A stretch of 64,000 nt of DNA from Pecten maximus. Taxonomy: Eukaryota. The stretch is taken from assembly GCF_902652985.1 (NCBI RefSeq), contig NC_047015.1, forward strand, positions 44,454,001 through 44,518,000, in the 5' to 3' direction. A program made the position numbers and the translations under genes. Below the pieces are notes generated by a model. The model worked only from the letters and a program-made list of their open reading frames with translations, was not told where the DNA came from and made no database searches. Positions 13,506 to 26,964 of this stretch are shown here, in pieces. Position 1 is the stretch's first letter. Every line of letters begins with the position of its first letter.

Positions 13506-15355
13506 TAAACTAAAACCTTCAAACTTAACAAGTAACTAAAACCTTTAAACTTAACAAGTAACTAAAACCTTCAAACTAAACAAGTAACTAAAACCTTTAA
13601 ACTTAACAAGTAACTAAAACCTTTAAACTGAACAAGTAACTAAAACCTTCAAACTTAACAAGTAACTAAAACCTTCAAACTTAACAAGTAACTAAAACCT
13701 TCAAACTTAACAAGTAACTAAAACCTTTAAACTCAACAAGTAAACTAAAACCTTCAAACTCAACAAGTAACTAAAACCTTCAAACTTAACAAGTAACTAA
13801 AACCTTCAAACTTAACAAGTAACTAAAACCTTTAAACTAAACAAGTAACTAAAACCTTTAAAATAAACAAGTAACTAAAACCTTTAAACTTAACAAGTAA
13901 ACTAAAACCTTCAAACTTAACAAGTAACTAAAACCTTTAAACTCAACAAGTAACTAAAACCTTCAAACTCAACAAGTAACTAAAACCTTTAAACTCAACA
14001 AGTAAACTAAAACCTTCAAACTCAACAAGTAACTAAAACCTTAAAAATAAACAAGTGAACTAAAACCTTAAAAATAAACAAGTAAACTAAAACCTTAAAA
14101 ATAAACAAGTAAACTAAAACCTTTAAACTAAACAAGTAAACTAAAACCTTCAAACTAAACAAGTAACTAAAACCTTCAAACTTAACAAGTAACTAAAACC
14201 TTTAAACTAAACAAGTAACTAAAACCTTTAAAATAAACAAGTAAACTAAAACCTTCAAACTTAACAAGTAAACTAAAACCTTTAAAATAACAAGTAACTA
14301 AACCTTTAAAATAAACAAGTAAACTAAAACCTTTAAACTAAACAAGTAAACTAAACCTTCAAAATAAAACATAAACTAACACCGTCAAACTTAACAAGTA
14401 AACTAAAACCTTCAAACTAACAAGTACTAAAACCTTAAAACTTACAGGAAACTAAAACCTTCAAACTTAAACAAGTAAACTAAAACCTTAAAAATAAAGG
14501 CAGTAAACTAAACTCTTCAAACTTAACAAGTAAACTAAAACTTCAAAATAAACAAGTAACTAAAACCTCAAACTTAACAAGTACACTAAAACCTTAAAAT
14601 GAAACAAGTAACTAAAACCTTAAAACTTAAACAAGTAAACTTAAAACCTTAAAAATGAAACAAGTAACTAAACCTTAAAAATAGACAAGTAAAACTAAAA
14701 ACCTTGAAAAAGAAACAAGTAAACTAAAACCTTCAAACTTAACAAGTAACTAAAACCTTTGAAAGAAACAAGTAACTAAAACCTTTAAACTTAACAAGTA
14801 ACTAAAACCTTTAAAATAAACAAGTAACTAAAACCTTTGAAATAAACAAGTAACTAAAACCTTTAAAATAAACAAGTAACTAAAACCTTTGAAATAAACA
14901 AGTAACTAAAACCTTTAAACTTAACAAGTAACTAAAACCTTTAAACTAAACAAGTAACTAAAACCTTTGAAATAAACAAGTAACTAAAACCTTTAAACTA
15001 AACAAGTAACTAAAACCTTTAAACTAAACAAGTAAACTAAAACTTTTAAACTAAACAAGTAAATTTAAACTTTTAAACTGAACAAGTAACTAAAACCTTT
15101 AAACTAAACAAGTAACTAAAACCTTTAAAATAAACAAGTAACTAAAACCTTTAAAATAAACAAGTAACTAAAACCTTTAAACTGAACAAGTAACTAAAAC
15201 CTTTAAGCTAAACAAGTCAATTAAAACTTAAAACTAAACAAGTAAACTAAAAATTTAAACTAAACAAATAAATGTAAACCTTTAAACAAAACAAGTAAAC
15301 GTAAACCTTTAAACTAAACTAACACCTGTAAACTAAAACCTGTAAACTTAAACCT
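13506..15355. repeat. A/C-rich minisatellite, 26-bp unit (AACTAAAACCTTCAAACTTAACAAGT), about 70 copies
   Basis: Period 26 (ctaaaacc at 13510 and 13536). Indel-rich central segment; decays into 13-14-bp units at the 3' end. Confidence 0.97.
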
Positions 15356-15867
15356 GTAATTAATACCAGAAACTCAAACTAGTAAAATAAAACCCATCAA
15401 CTAAAACTTATCAACTGAAACTTGTAACGGGCAGTGACCAAATGTGTTCAAACTAATTGCATTCATTACTGTTAAATGTTAACTTTGATGTACACGAAAA
15501 TGTGAGTCAATTGGAACTAAATCCAATCTATTTCATTGTGTTTTATACATTAATACTTTAATTCATTTCATTTATTCATTTATTTTGTTCATATCACCAG
15601 CGGAACTGGTCATAAAATTGTTATCTGTGTCAAAATGTCTACCTTATATTTCAACCTTAAATGACAAAGAATGTTATCAATTGGTAAGGACGACTGGCGC
15701 GTTTGATAAGGACACGCTGTTCTTATCAAGGACATATCTTTATCAGGCTTTTTACTTCCGTTGCGTCATAGATCCCATTAGGTGTTTAATGAATCGTATT
15801 TTTATCTAGAAACATTTGTACCATCGCTTTCCTTTTCGCAATTAAATGGCATTGTAAACACGGAAAG

Positions 15868-18800
15868 ACATCACACACACGTGTTGGTGATGGGAACTCT
15901 GTATACACGTAATGACATCACACATACGTGTTGGTGTTTGGAACTCTGTATACACGTAATGACATCACACACACGTGTTGGTGATGGGAACTCTGTATAC
16001 ACGTAATGACATCACACACACGTGTTGGTGATGGGAACCCTGAATACACGTAATGACATCACACACACGTGTTGGTGATGGGAACTCTGTATACACGTAA
16101 TGACATCACACACACGTGTTGGTGATGGGAACTTTGTATACACGTAATGACATCACACATACGTGTCGGTGATGGGAACTCTGTATACACGTAATGACAT
16201 CACACACACGTGTTGGTGATGGGAACTCTGTATACACGTAATGACATCACACACACGTGTTGGTGATGGGAACTCTGTATACACGTAATGACATCATTAC
16301 ACACGTGTTGGTGTTTGGAACTCTGTATACACGTAATGACATCACACACACACGTGTTGGTGATGGGAACTCTGTATACACGTAATGACATCACACACGT
16401 GTTGGTGATGGGAACTCTGTATACACGTAATGACATCACACATACGTGTTGGTGTTTGGAACTCTGTATACACGTAATGACATCACACACACGTGTTGGT
16501 GATGGGAACTCTGTATACACGTAATGACATCACACACACGTGTTGGTGATGGGAACTCTGTACACGTAATGACATCACACATACGTGTTGGTGTTTGGAA
16601 CTCTGTATACACGTAATGACATCACACACACGTGTTGGTGATGGGAACTCTGTATACACGTAATGACATCACACACACGTGTTGGTGATGGGAACTCTGT
16701 ATACACGTAATGACATCATTACACACGTGTTGGTGTTTGGAACTCTGTATACACGTAATGACATCACACACACTTGTTGGTGATGGGAACCCTGTATACA
16801 CGTAATGACATCACACACACGTGTTGGTGATGGGAACTCTGTATACACGTAATGACATCACGCACACGTGTTGGTGTTTGGAACTCTGTTACACGTAATG
16901 ACATCACACACACGTGTTGGTGATGGGAACTCTGTATACACGTAATGACATCACACACACGTGTTGGTGATGGGAACCCTGTATACACGTAATGACATCA
17001 CACACGTGTTGGTGATGGGAACTCTGTATACACGTAATGACATCACACACACGTGATGGTGATGGGAACTCTGTATACACGTAATGACATCACACACACG
17101 TGTTGGTGATGGGAACCCTGTATACACGTAATGACATTACACACACGTGTTGGTGATGGGAACTCTGTATACACGTAATGACATCACACACACGTGTTGG
17201 TGATGGGAACTCTGTATACACGTAATGACATCACACACACGTGTCGATGATGGGAACCCTGTATACACGTAATGACATCACACACACGTGTTGGTGATGG
17301 GAACAGGATATACACGTAATGACATCATACACACGTGTTGGTGATGGGAACTCTGTATACACGTAATGACATCATCACACACGTGTTGGTGATGGGAACT
17401 CTGTATACACGTAATGACATCACACACACGTGTTGGTGATGGGAACTCTGTATACACGTAATGACATCATACACACGTGTTGGTGATGGGAACCCTGTAT
17501 ACACGTAATGACATCACACACACGTGTTGGTGATGGGAACCCTGTATACACGTAATGACATTACACACACGTGTTGGTGATAGGAACTCTGTATACACGT
17601 AATGACATCACACACACGTGTTGGTGATGGGAACTCTGTATACACGTAATGACATCACACACACGTGTCGATGATGGGAACCCTGTATACACGTAATGAC
17701 ATCACACACACGTGTTGGTGATGGGAACTCTGTATACACGTAATGACATCATACACACGTGTTGGTGATGGGAACTCTGTATACACGTAATGACATCATC
17801 ACACACGTGTTGGTGATGGGAACTCTGTATACATGTAATGACATCACACACACGTGTTGGTGATGGGAACTCTGTATACACGTAATGACATCACACACAC
17901 GTGTTGGTGATGGGAACTCTGTATACACGTAATGACATCACACATGTGTTGGTGATGGGAACTCTGTATACACGTAATGACATCATTACACACGTGTTGC
18001 TGATGGGAACTCTGTATACACGTAATGACATCACACACACGTGTTGGTGATGGGAACTCTGTATACACGTAATGACATCACACACACTTGTTGGTGATGG
18101 GAACCCTGTATACACGTAATGACATCATCTTACACGTGTCGGTGATGGGAACTCTGTATACACGTAATGACATCACACACGCGTGTTGGTGATGGGAACT
18201 CTGTATACACGTAATGACATCACACACACGTGTTGGTGATGGGAACCCTGTATACACGTAATGACATCACACACGCGTGTTGGTGATGGGAACTCTGTAT
18301 ACACGTAATGACATCACACACACGTGTTGGTGTTTGGAACTCTGTATACACGTTATGACATCATTACACACGTGTTGGTGATGGGAACTCTGTATACACG
18401 TAATGACATCACACACACGTGTTGGTGATGGGAACTCTGTATACACGTAATGACATCATTACACACGTGTTGGTGTTTGGAACTCTGTATACACGTAATG
18501 ACATCACACACACACGTGTTGGTGATGGGAACTCTGTATACACGTAATGACATCACACACGTGTTGGTGATGGGAACTCTGTATACACGTAATGACATCA
18601 CACATACGTGTTGGTGTTTGGAACTCTGTATACACGTAATGACATCACACACACGTGTTGGTGATGGGAACTCTGTATACACGTAATGACATCACACACA
18701 CGTGTTGGTGATGGGAACTCTGTACACGTAATGACATCACACATACGTGTTGGTGTTTGGAACTCTGTATACACGTAATGACATCACACACACGTGTTGG

Positions 18801-20640
18801 TGATGGGAACTCTGTATACACGTAATGACATCACACACACGTGTTGGTGATGGGAACTCTGTATACACGTAATGACATCATTACACACGTGTTGGTGTTT
18901 GGAACTCTGTATACACGTAATGACATCACACACACTTGTTGGTGATGGGAACCCTGTATACACGTAATGACATCACACACACGTGTTGGTGATGGGAACT
19001 CTGTATACACGTAATGACATCACGCACACGTGTTGGTGTTTGGAACTCTGTTACACGTAATGACATCACACACACGTGTTGGTGATGGGAACTCTGTATA
19101 CACGTAATGACATCACACACACGTGTTGGTGATGGGAACCCTGTATACACGTAATGACATCACACACGTGTTGGTGATGGGAACTCTGTATACACGTAAT
19201 GACATCACACACACGTGATGGTGATGGGAACTCTGTATACACGTAATGACATCACACACACGTGTTGGTGATGGGAACCCTGTATACACGTAATGACATT
19301 ACACACACGTGTTGGTGATAGGAACTCTGTATACACGTAATGACATCACACACACGTGTTGGTGATGGGAACTCTGTATACACGTAATGACATCACACAC
19401 ACGTGTCGATGATGGGAACCCTGTATACACGTAATGACATCACACACACGTGTTGGTGATGGGAACAGGATATACACGTAATGACATCATACACACGTGT
19501 TGGTGATGGGAACTCTGTATACACGTAATGACATCATCACACACGTGTTGGTGATGGGAACTCTGTATACACGTAATGACATCACACACACGTGTTGGTG
19601 ATGGGAACTCTGTATACACGTAATGACATCATACACACGTGTTGGTGATGGGAACCCTGTATACACGTAATGACATTACACACACGTGTTGGTGATAGGA
19701 ACTCTGTATACACGTAATGACATCACACACACGTGTTGGTGATGGGAACTCTGTATACACGTAATGACATCACACACACGTGTCGATGATGGGAACCCTG
19801 TATACACGTAATGACATCACACACACGTGTTGGTGATGGGAACTCTGTATACACGTAATGACATCATACACACGTGTTGGTGATGGGAACTCTGTATACA
19901 CGTAATGACATCATCACACACGTGTTGGTGATGGGAACTCTGTATACATGTAATGACATCACACACACGTGTTGGTGATGGGAACTCTGTATACACGTAA
20001 TGACATCACACACACGTGTTGGTGATGGGAACTCTGTATACACGTAATGACATCACACATGTGTTGGTGATGGGAACTCTGTATACACGTAATGACATCA
20101 TTACACACGTGTTGCTGATGGGAACTCTGTATACACGTAATGACATCACACACACGTGTTGGTGATGGGAACTCTGTATACACGTAATGACATCACACAC
20201 ACTTGTTGGTGATGGGAACCCTGTATACACGTAATGACATCATCTTACACGTGTCGGTGATGGGAACTCTGTATACACGTAATGACATCACACACGCGTG
20301 TTGGTGATGGGAACTCTGTATACACGTAATGACATCACACACACGTGTTGGTGATGGGAACCCTGTATACACGTAATGACATCACACACGCGTGTTGGTG
20401 ATGGGAACTCTGTATACACGTAATGACATCACACACACGTGTTGGTGTTTGGAACTCTGTATACACGTTATGACATCATTACACACGTGTTGGTGATGGG
20501 AACTCTGTATACACGTAATGCCATCATCACACACACGTGTTGGTGTTTGGAACTCTGTATACACGTAATGACATCACACACACGTGTCGATGCTGGGAAC
20601 TCGGAACAGGATGTACACGTAATGACATCATCACACACAA
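15868..20640. repeat. Satellite array, 47-bp unit (GTGTTGGTGATGGGAACTCTGTATACACGTAATGACATCACACACAC), about 100 copies, with a ~2.16-kb block duplication
   Basis: Period 47. Identical spurious ORFs recur at offsets of 2162 (16288/18450, 16764/18926) and 2115 (17844/19959). Confidence 0.98.
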
Positions 20641-21126
20641 ACACACACACACACTACAGTGCTGCTGGTGACGGAAATTATAGCAATTGTGAAATGTCTT
20701 GTACACCGTCTGTAGCCACCGGTCTATAGGACATTTTATATCACCAATATGTCTAAGTATCCTTGTCTATGATTGTACATAATCATGAAAAGGTATAGAT
20801 TATCCTGTCTCGCCCATCAGACGAGGAGGACCAACCTAATGTTCCGTGAAAGATTTTTTTCTGTCTGGTTCCATCCGACTGCCATGTTCTATATATCGTG
20901 TCACTTGGTGCAAAATCTCACACACTTATACATCAATTTGTTCGCCAAAACAAATATCAGCAATATGTTTGGAGTACTCTTTTCACGAGATATATATCAG
21001 ATAAAAAAGTGAAACAATGATTTGATAGCTCAGACTTAATTGGTTGCACGAAAATAATGCAATTTTGACTTTAAGAGGTGAAGGCTATTAGCCATATTTT
21101 TATTTATCATCAGGAATACTTGAATA

Positions 21127-21330
21127 NNNNNNNNNNNNNNNNNNNNNNNNNNNNNNNNNNNNNNNNNNNNNNNNNNNNNNNNNNNNNNNNNNNNNNNNNN
21201 NNNNNNNNNNNNNNNNNNNNNNNNNNNNNNNNNNNNNNNNNNNNNNNNNNNNNNNNNNNNNNNNNNNNNNNNNNNNNNNNNNNNNNNNNNNNNNNNNNNN
21301 NNNNNNNNNNNNNNNNNNNNNNNNNNNNNN
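21127..21330. other. Assembly gap (204 N)
   Basis: Run of N. Confidence 1.
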
Positions 21331-21543
21331 TTTTAAGCCTCAAGTATATGGGGTTGAGATCCCTATCTCATCTTTATAAGTTTTAAACCTAAATATCATT
21401 TTGTTATTAAAGCGATGATAATGCTAAATACACTAGGAGAAAAAGATATAAAAACGTGATATTTTCCAAGAGTTTGTTACAAAACTAACACTTTCTGTCA
21501 ATTACTTAAATTACAAGTGACTGCAGCATTTTTTGGTTGATAT

Positions 21544-21900
21544 CTTGAGTTCTATGACCTTGACTGTTTTGGTAACGAGTCAATAAGACAGTGAAACTCC
21601 AGTTTTGAATTCTATGACCTTGACTTTTCGGGTAACAAGACAATTAGACATGGAATCGACAGTTTTGAGCTCTGTGACCTTGACTTTTCTGGTAACGAGT
21701 CAATGAGATAGGGAATCTCCAGCTTTGAATTCTGTGACCTTGACTTTTCTGGTAACGAGTCAATAAGATAGGAAATCTCCAGCTTTGAATTCTGTGACCT
21801 TGACTTTTCTGGTAACGAGTCAATAAGTCATGGAATCGACAGTTTTGATTTCTGTGACCCTGACTTTTCTGCTAACGAGTCTTTGGGATAAGGAATCTAC
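21544..21900. repeat. Tandem repeat, 60-bp unit (core TGAATTCTGTGACCTTGACTTTTCTGGTAACGAGTCAATAAGA), about 6 diverged copies
   Basis: Units line up in register on successive 60-nt lines from 21541 to 21900. Confidence 0.92.
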
Positions 21901-22937
21901 AATCATATCATATTCGAGGGACTTCTAAAGCAAGGGCAATTTAATGAAAGCCGACAGATAAATATCTCCGAAAATTACATGCCTGCAATTGCACCTTGTC
22001 TGTCTGTGTGAAAAGTTAGTGATATGTGATTGGTCCAAGGGTAGCATAAAGACCGTATCACTGGATCCTTCTGGATTTAATTACCTGTTAGTAATTAAAG
22101 TTGTTGGAAACAGTTATTTCCGACAGTTCCATACCACGTTAGAACGACAGTGTGAGACCGTGCTGGTAATTAGTGGTTTTACGTGCGACAATAAATGTCT
22201 ATCAATTCTCTAATACCAATTAATGGATTGCAACGAGATTTCTGTTTTCAAATCAAATATAGAAACAGATGGATTTCATCATTAATTTAATATGTGTTTA
22301 TGCGAGTCTAAAATTGATTTGAAATGAATTAGCACTGGCATGTTTTGTAATGAACACGCAGTGGCATCATAAAATTTAAATTACAGAATTCAACACCAGT
22401 CGTGAAAGACGTAGTACAATACATCTTATAATACGGTTTACCTGGGTATGCCATACTGCGTATTTAATCACTCTTACCATAGCTGTCAGTTCATATTTAA
22501 TTCCTGATATTATACAATAAACATGAAAGATGATAGGAAGTGTTCGAACACGTGATTTCATGCCTTTTTATGCATTTGAATATCATTTTATGATATGTAT
22601 TACATCATTCGTATTGCGTATTTAAAAATTGTTATATCACGGAATCAAAAATTTGATATCATTCTGAACCCTGTGTTATATATAACAAAATTTAATACCA
22701 TCCTTCACCGAAGGCTCTGCGAAAAATCATTAAGCCGTCTGTCACCTTGACGAATTCGAGAACATGATAACCCCTTTGTTACCTATTAGCCAATTCATGA
22801 CACAATAAAACGCTTTAACATTATACACATTTTGTTAGAAGCCCGAGAAAATTAGGTCCAGCGTCGAAAATGACAAACGTACAAAATTGTAGAACCAGAA
22901 ATTTCCAGGTGATCAGATGTTTCATTGCAACGATGGG

Positions 22938-23335
22938 TTTAGCTCATCGGGCCGAAGTACCGGAGATCTTATGCCGTGACACGTCATCCTTCGTCCGTCA
23001 TCTTTACACTACTTGTCATGAACTACTGAGCGGATTTCAACCACGTGTGGTGTGGAGCATCCCTTGATAAAGGGAAATCCATTTCGTATAAACGGCGGAT
23101 CAGGCTCCCTCTAGGGACCTGAGGGTCAGGACCAATAGGGAAAATGTAGCAAATTCTCCATAACCCTTCTTCTATTGGAATGCATGGATTTGGTCCATTT
23201 ATGGTGGTTTAAAGCTTCCACAAATAAATGGAGATCAATTTTGTTTAAGTGATGGGCTGGGCCCAATAGTGGAAACATAGCAAAATCTTTGAAATACAAT
23301 ATATATATCCATTGTTATATCCTGGTGAGCGAATC
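22938..23335 (+). mobile_element. Degenerate Helentron-associated non-autonomous element (HINE/pearl-like)
   Basis: Starts tttagctca...gcttatg, followed by a cgtccgtc microsatellite remnant. Two internal copies of ccaatagggaaaatgtagcaaa-like sequence. Sub-terminal inverted copy cctggtgagcga. Layout matches bivalve HINE/pearl elements as I recall them. Confidence 0.6.
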
Positions 23336-23791
23336 GATGTGATCCAGGTAAGCTTATTCGTGCCTTCGTTTAGTGATACCTGATAAAGATATCGGTATGA
23401 TGGATAGTTTGTTACATGCATTGCTTTTTTGTGTTTCTCTCTGCAATAGTCTTGAATAATGTATCGAATGCTCTAACGAGGGCTTTTGATCCGAGATATT
23501 GAAGAACGGCCTCAGTCGGAGCCATATTTGTTGTTGCAAGGCATGACGGCATCATCTCTAGTAACAAACTGCACTTGTAACATCAACACTGATTGGCTGA
23601 AATGGAAGTTCGCAAGCCAATAGAATACAGGAAGATAATCAAATTAGTTGAAATATGAAAGAAGGGTTATCAAGAAAAAAAATAGCGTAAAAAAGTCGGC
23701 AGGACTTTTGCAATTCATATTTTATGGAACAATATACATATTTTAATGTTTCTATCTCGAGTCTTGCTTCAAGGTGAGGACTAAATATCCA

Positions 23792-24014
23792 GGGGGCCGC
23801 GGTGGCCGAGTGGTTAAGGTGTCCCGACACTTTAACACTAGCCCTCCACCTCTGGGTTGCGAGTTCGAAACCTACGAGGGGCAGTTGCCTGGTACTGACC
23901 GTAGGCCGGTGGTTTTTCTCCGGGTACTCCGACTTTCCTACACCTCCAAAACCTGGCACGTCCTTAAATGACCCTTGCTGTTAATAGGACGTTAAACAAA
24001 AACAAACAAACCAA
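23792..24014 (+). mobile_element. Full-length tRNA-derived SINE with a V-domain-like core, flanked by a target-site duplication
   Basis: A box TGGCCGAGTGG and B box GAGTTCGAAAC. V-SINE-like motif ttttctccgggtactccgactttcct. Tail gctgttaataggacgttaaac followed by aaac/aaacc repeats. TSD ACTAAATATCCAGG (23780-23793) vs ACTAAATATTCAGG (24015-24028), one mismatch. Confidence 0.92.
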
Positions 24015-26053
24015 ACTAAATATTCAGGAATCTTGGACAGAACCGTGACCCCAATCTTCGGTGCGGATCATAGAATACTTTAAACGGTCGCTGCTGAAAA
24101 CAAACGAAAAGTGTGCCCAACATTTACAGGTCATTGTCCATCAATATGTCGACCTCGCGCAATAGAACATCGGTCGATTACCAGTACCTCGTGTCAAATA
24201 TTCTGGACAATTGCACAGACACCCATTGTATATTTGTATAATACACCCGTATATCAATACACATCCTGGTAAAACGATTGTACTTTTGGCAGTTCGTTTG
24301 AGTAACTTTTAGGAAGTTTGAAGTTTGAAACCTTTAATAGCCATCGAACCGTGTGTTGCTGGAGACTGGTAAACCAAGTGGTAGAATATATGAGAAAGAA
24401 TGATAACTATGTATACATAACACGTGCGCTAACGACAAGAGATGTAGATGATATACTTGTTAGGATAACACCAATAAAACTGCTTATTAATCATTATTTT
24501 GTGTTAATTCGCTAGGACGTCACATCAATTTTGTAATGCTTGACAAATCACTTTGCAAGATATAGAACTTGTAATTTTCCGAGACTGGTATCTGTGACGT
24601 GGAGTCATGGTGCAGTCCCTTAAGGCTGAGCACAAAGGAATGCAGACACGTGACCGTTTATTACGCAGATCGGTCTTTTACTCCAGTTCCCTGTGGGGCA
24701 CGTCCTTCTCTATTGACCACGACAGAAACGTGACATGTTGCTTCTAGATATCTCATATCAATGTTATCCATCCATTAGCAACATGGTATTGGTCAGACCT
24801 TATCCTTGGTATGCATGCAATATACGCCAAGATGTTCCTATGGTGCGTGTTATTGCTGTATACATGTATTCAATACCCATTAGCCACTTTACATCGCCCT
24901 TTGTACTGGTACATCTGATCTGTGTAAAATGCACGTGGATGTAAACAAAGCACGCATGCTAATGTGTAATGACCATCAATCAGGATGTACTTAACTCTGA
25001 CATGGGAGCGCCAGATAAAGAATATTGGGATCATCTTCAGATATTTATTAGACTTGTAGTGACCAGACAAATGGTGTTTATGCTCTACAGATGGGTATGG
25101 GAGATAAATGAGATCGGATATTCGATAGGCTGTATTGGTTTGTTAATAGTGTTGTTTTTTTATTGAAAATATGGACTCTGGCAAATTCCTAGTGTTACCG
25201 TGTCTCCCAGACCTTTACCATTAACCAGTAATGAATCGTTAAAGTACTTTTAAGTGTATTAAGCAACAGAACAAGAAAAGGTCGCGATGTGAGACTTCCA
25301 CCTTTCTTGGGAGCCAAAATAAATATCCTCATTAGCGTGATGTAGCTAGTTAAACGTGGCGCCAAAGCGGGGAGGAAATTAGACAGTTTATTTCTTAAAA
25401 ACCTGCGATTTGTGACAACTTTTGCAATATGCATTTTGCTAGGTACACACATAAGCTTTTCTAACAATGTAATGATCCTATTACCTTGATGGTCATTTTG
25501 AACAAAACCGACGTGGCACCTTCTTATTAACTATGTCATGGTTTGACTGGATATCTGTCGATCGGCCGTTTCTTTAATTATTGTGTATGTTATTTAAACA
25601 CTCAGTGATAATTTTATTTCAGGATATAATAATAAACCAATTATGACATGTTTATTTCAGTCGAATCATGCTTTTATCGCAGCAGACAACAACGTAATTT
25701 CGGTCGATATTGTGTTCTTGGTTGGGATGTCGCAATCATAGATCGCCCTCATCAGCATAGTATAATTGTATATTGATGTACAATACATAGTTATCTCTCC
25801 TTGACCTTGCAAGCCTATTTTCCTGTGGCAAGACAGCACTGCCTTATTTTATACAGAATAATAAATTTATGTAACTTTTTAAACCAATCACAAATTCACA
25901 AATACTATGGACAATGTCAGATCCCAAGTTTTCTTTCCAAATACCCTTTTTTTTGTCCGTTATCATCGATGTTCCTCACTCCTGGACTGAAGTGCCCTGT
26001 AGTAGAATTTATTTCATTGGCGTCATAGTTAGTTATGTATCTGTCTGTTTCAG

Positions 26054-26168
26054 CATGTACACTGTCATCGGACCAGCAGGCTGTGCTCTGGGGGTCATAG
26101 TGCTCATCGCTGCTGTCCTCTATTACTTCTGCTACGGGTTTTCCACCATCACACAGCCTCGGCATTCC
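26054..26168 (+). CDS. Coding exon 2 of the two-TM protein (TM2)
   Basis: Acceptor tgtttcAG; the first C completes GTC (Val) from exon 1. Encodes MYTVIGPAGCALGVIVLIAAVLYYFCYGFSTITQPRHS. Donor GTAAGT, phase 0. GC-richer than its flanks. Confidence 0.85.
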
Positions 26169-26949
26169 GTAAGTCACTGCTATACCTCTATAATGTGTTA
26201 TCTTGTGGTGACTGGCGTCAACAAAATATATTTAGGGCGTCCCGTCGAGATGACCTGTTTCTTCTTTTATTCGTAGCCATTGTTATTATAAAACAACAAA
26301 CGAGACTTCATTGGCAGCCCCTGCTGTGGGAAGGCAGTCGCATGCACAGACCGAGATTGTACATTGACCGGAATATTCAACAGGAGGTTTTGCCAAATCA
26401 ATACTCCTACATGAGGTTCAAATGCAAAGATATTTTGGTGTGTTCTGGATGTTTTCTCTGCTTTGATCGTTCTCCATATGTAAAGGCCACATTTACTTAA
26501 TTAACATCTCTGTTACCAAGGACGTCTGGGTTCCATTGCATCACACACGTGTCCCTTCCGCCGAAACAAACGCTTGTTGGACCAAGATTCTGAAGCTTAT
26601 ATAAGATTATGTCAAATATGTTTTGATGCATATTGTGCAGTTTTACCGCACCTATGTGTATGTACGGCTGATTTCGGTTTGATTTTAACATAAATCTGTT
26701 ATATGCTTTAGATTGGTGTTAGCTGTACAATGTGTTTGATATGTTAATGTTATTCTCTAAACTTTATTGAATTAAATATATCATCGCTAGAAATCTATCT
26801 TTTCATTTTTTTGGCTATAAGTACGTCAGTCATGCTAGTCTCAGTAAGGCGGTATAAGTTCAAATGAAAATCGTCATTTTTATGACGTATTATGTCCTAA
26901 CTACAACCATAGATTGCTGTGTAGGTGTGATTGCTTTTGGAATAGCAGA

Positions 26950-26964
26950 CAGCGCCATCTAGTG
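26950..26964 (+). promoter_or_regulatory. CTCF-like motif CAGCGCCATCTAGTG (intronic)
   Basis: Reverse complement CACTAGATGGCGCTG fits the bilaterian CTCF core consensus. Motif match only, no binding data. Confidence 0.4.

Noticed and set aside
13506-15355. Telomere-like C/A-rich repeat
   Set aside because: No TTAGGG/CCCTAA units; it is a 26-bp intronic minisatellite.
23792-23880. tRNA gene
   Set aside because: A and B boxes are present, but the sequence continues into a SINE core and tail, has a TSD, and has a second copy at 45063.
25690-25765. Hammerhead-ribozyme-like CTGATGA...GAAA on the minus strand
   Set aside because: Only a mismatched stem II forms; I could not build stems I and III or a cleavage triplet. 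It is probably the inverted repeat of a degraded transposon end.
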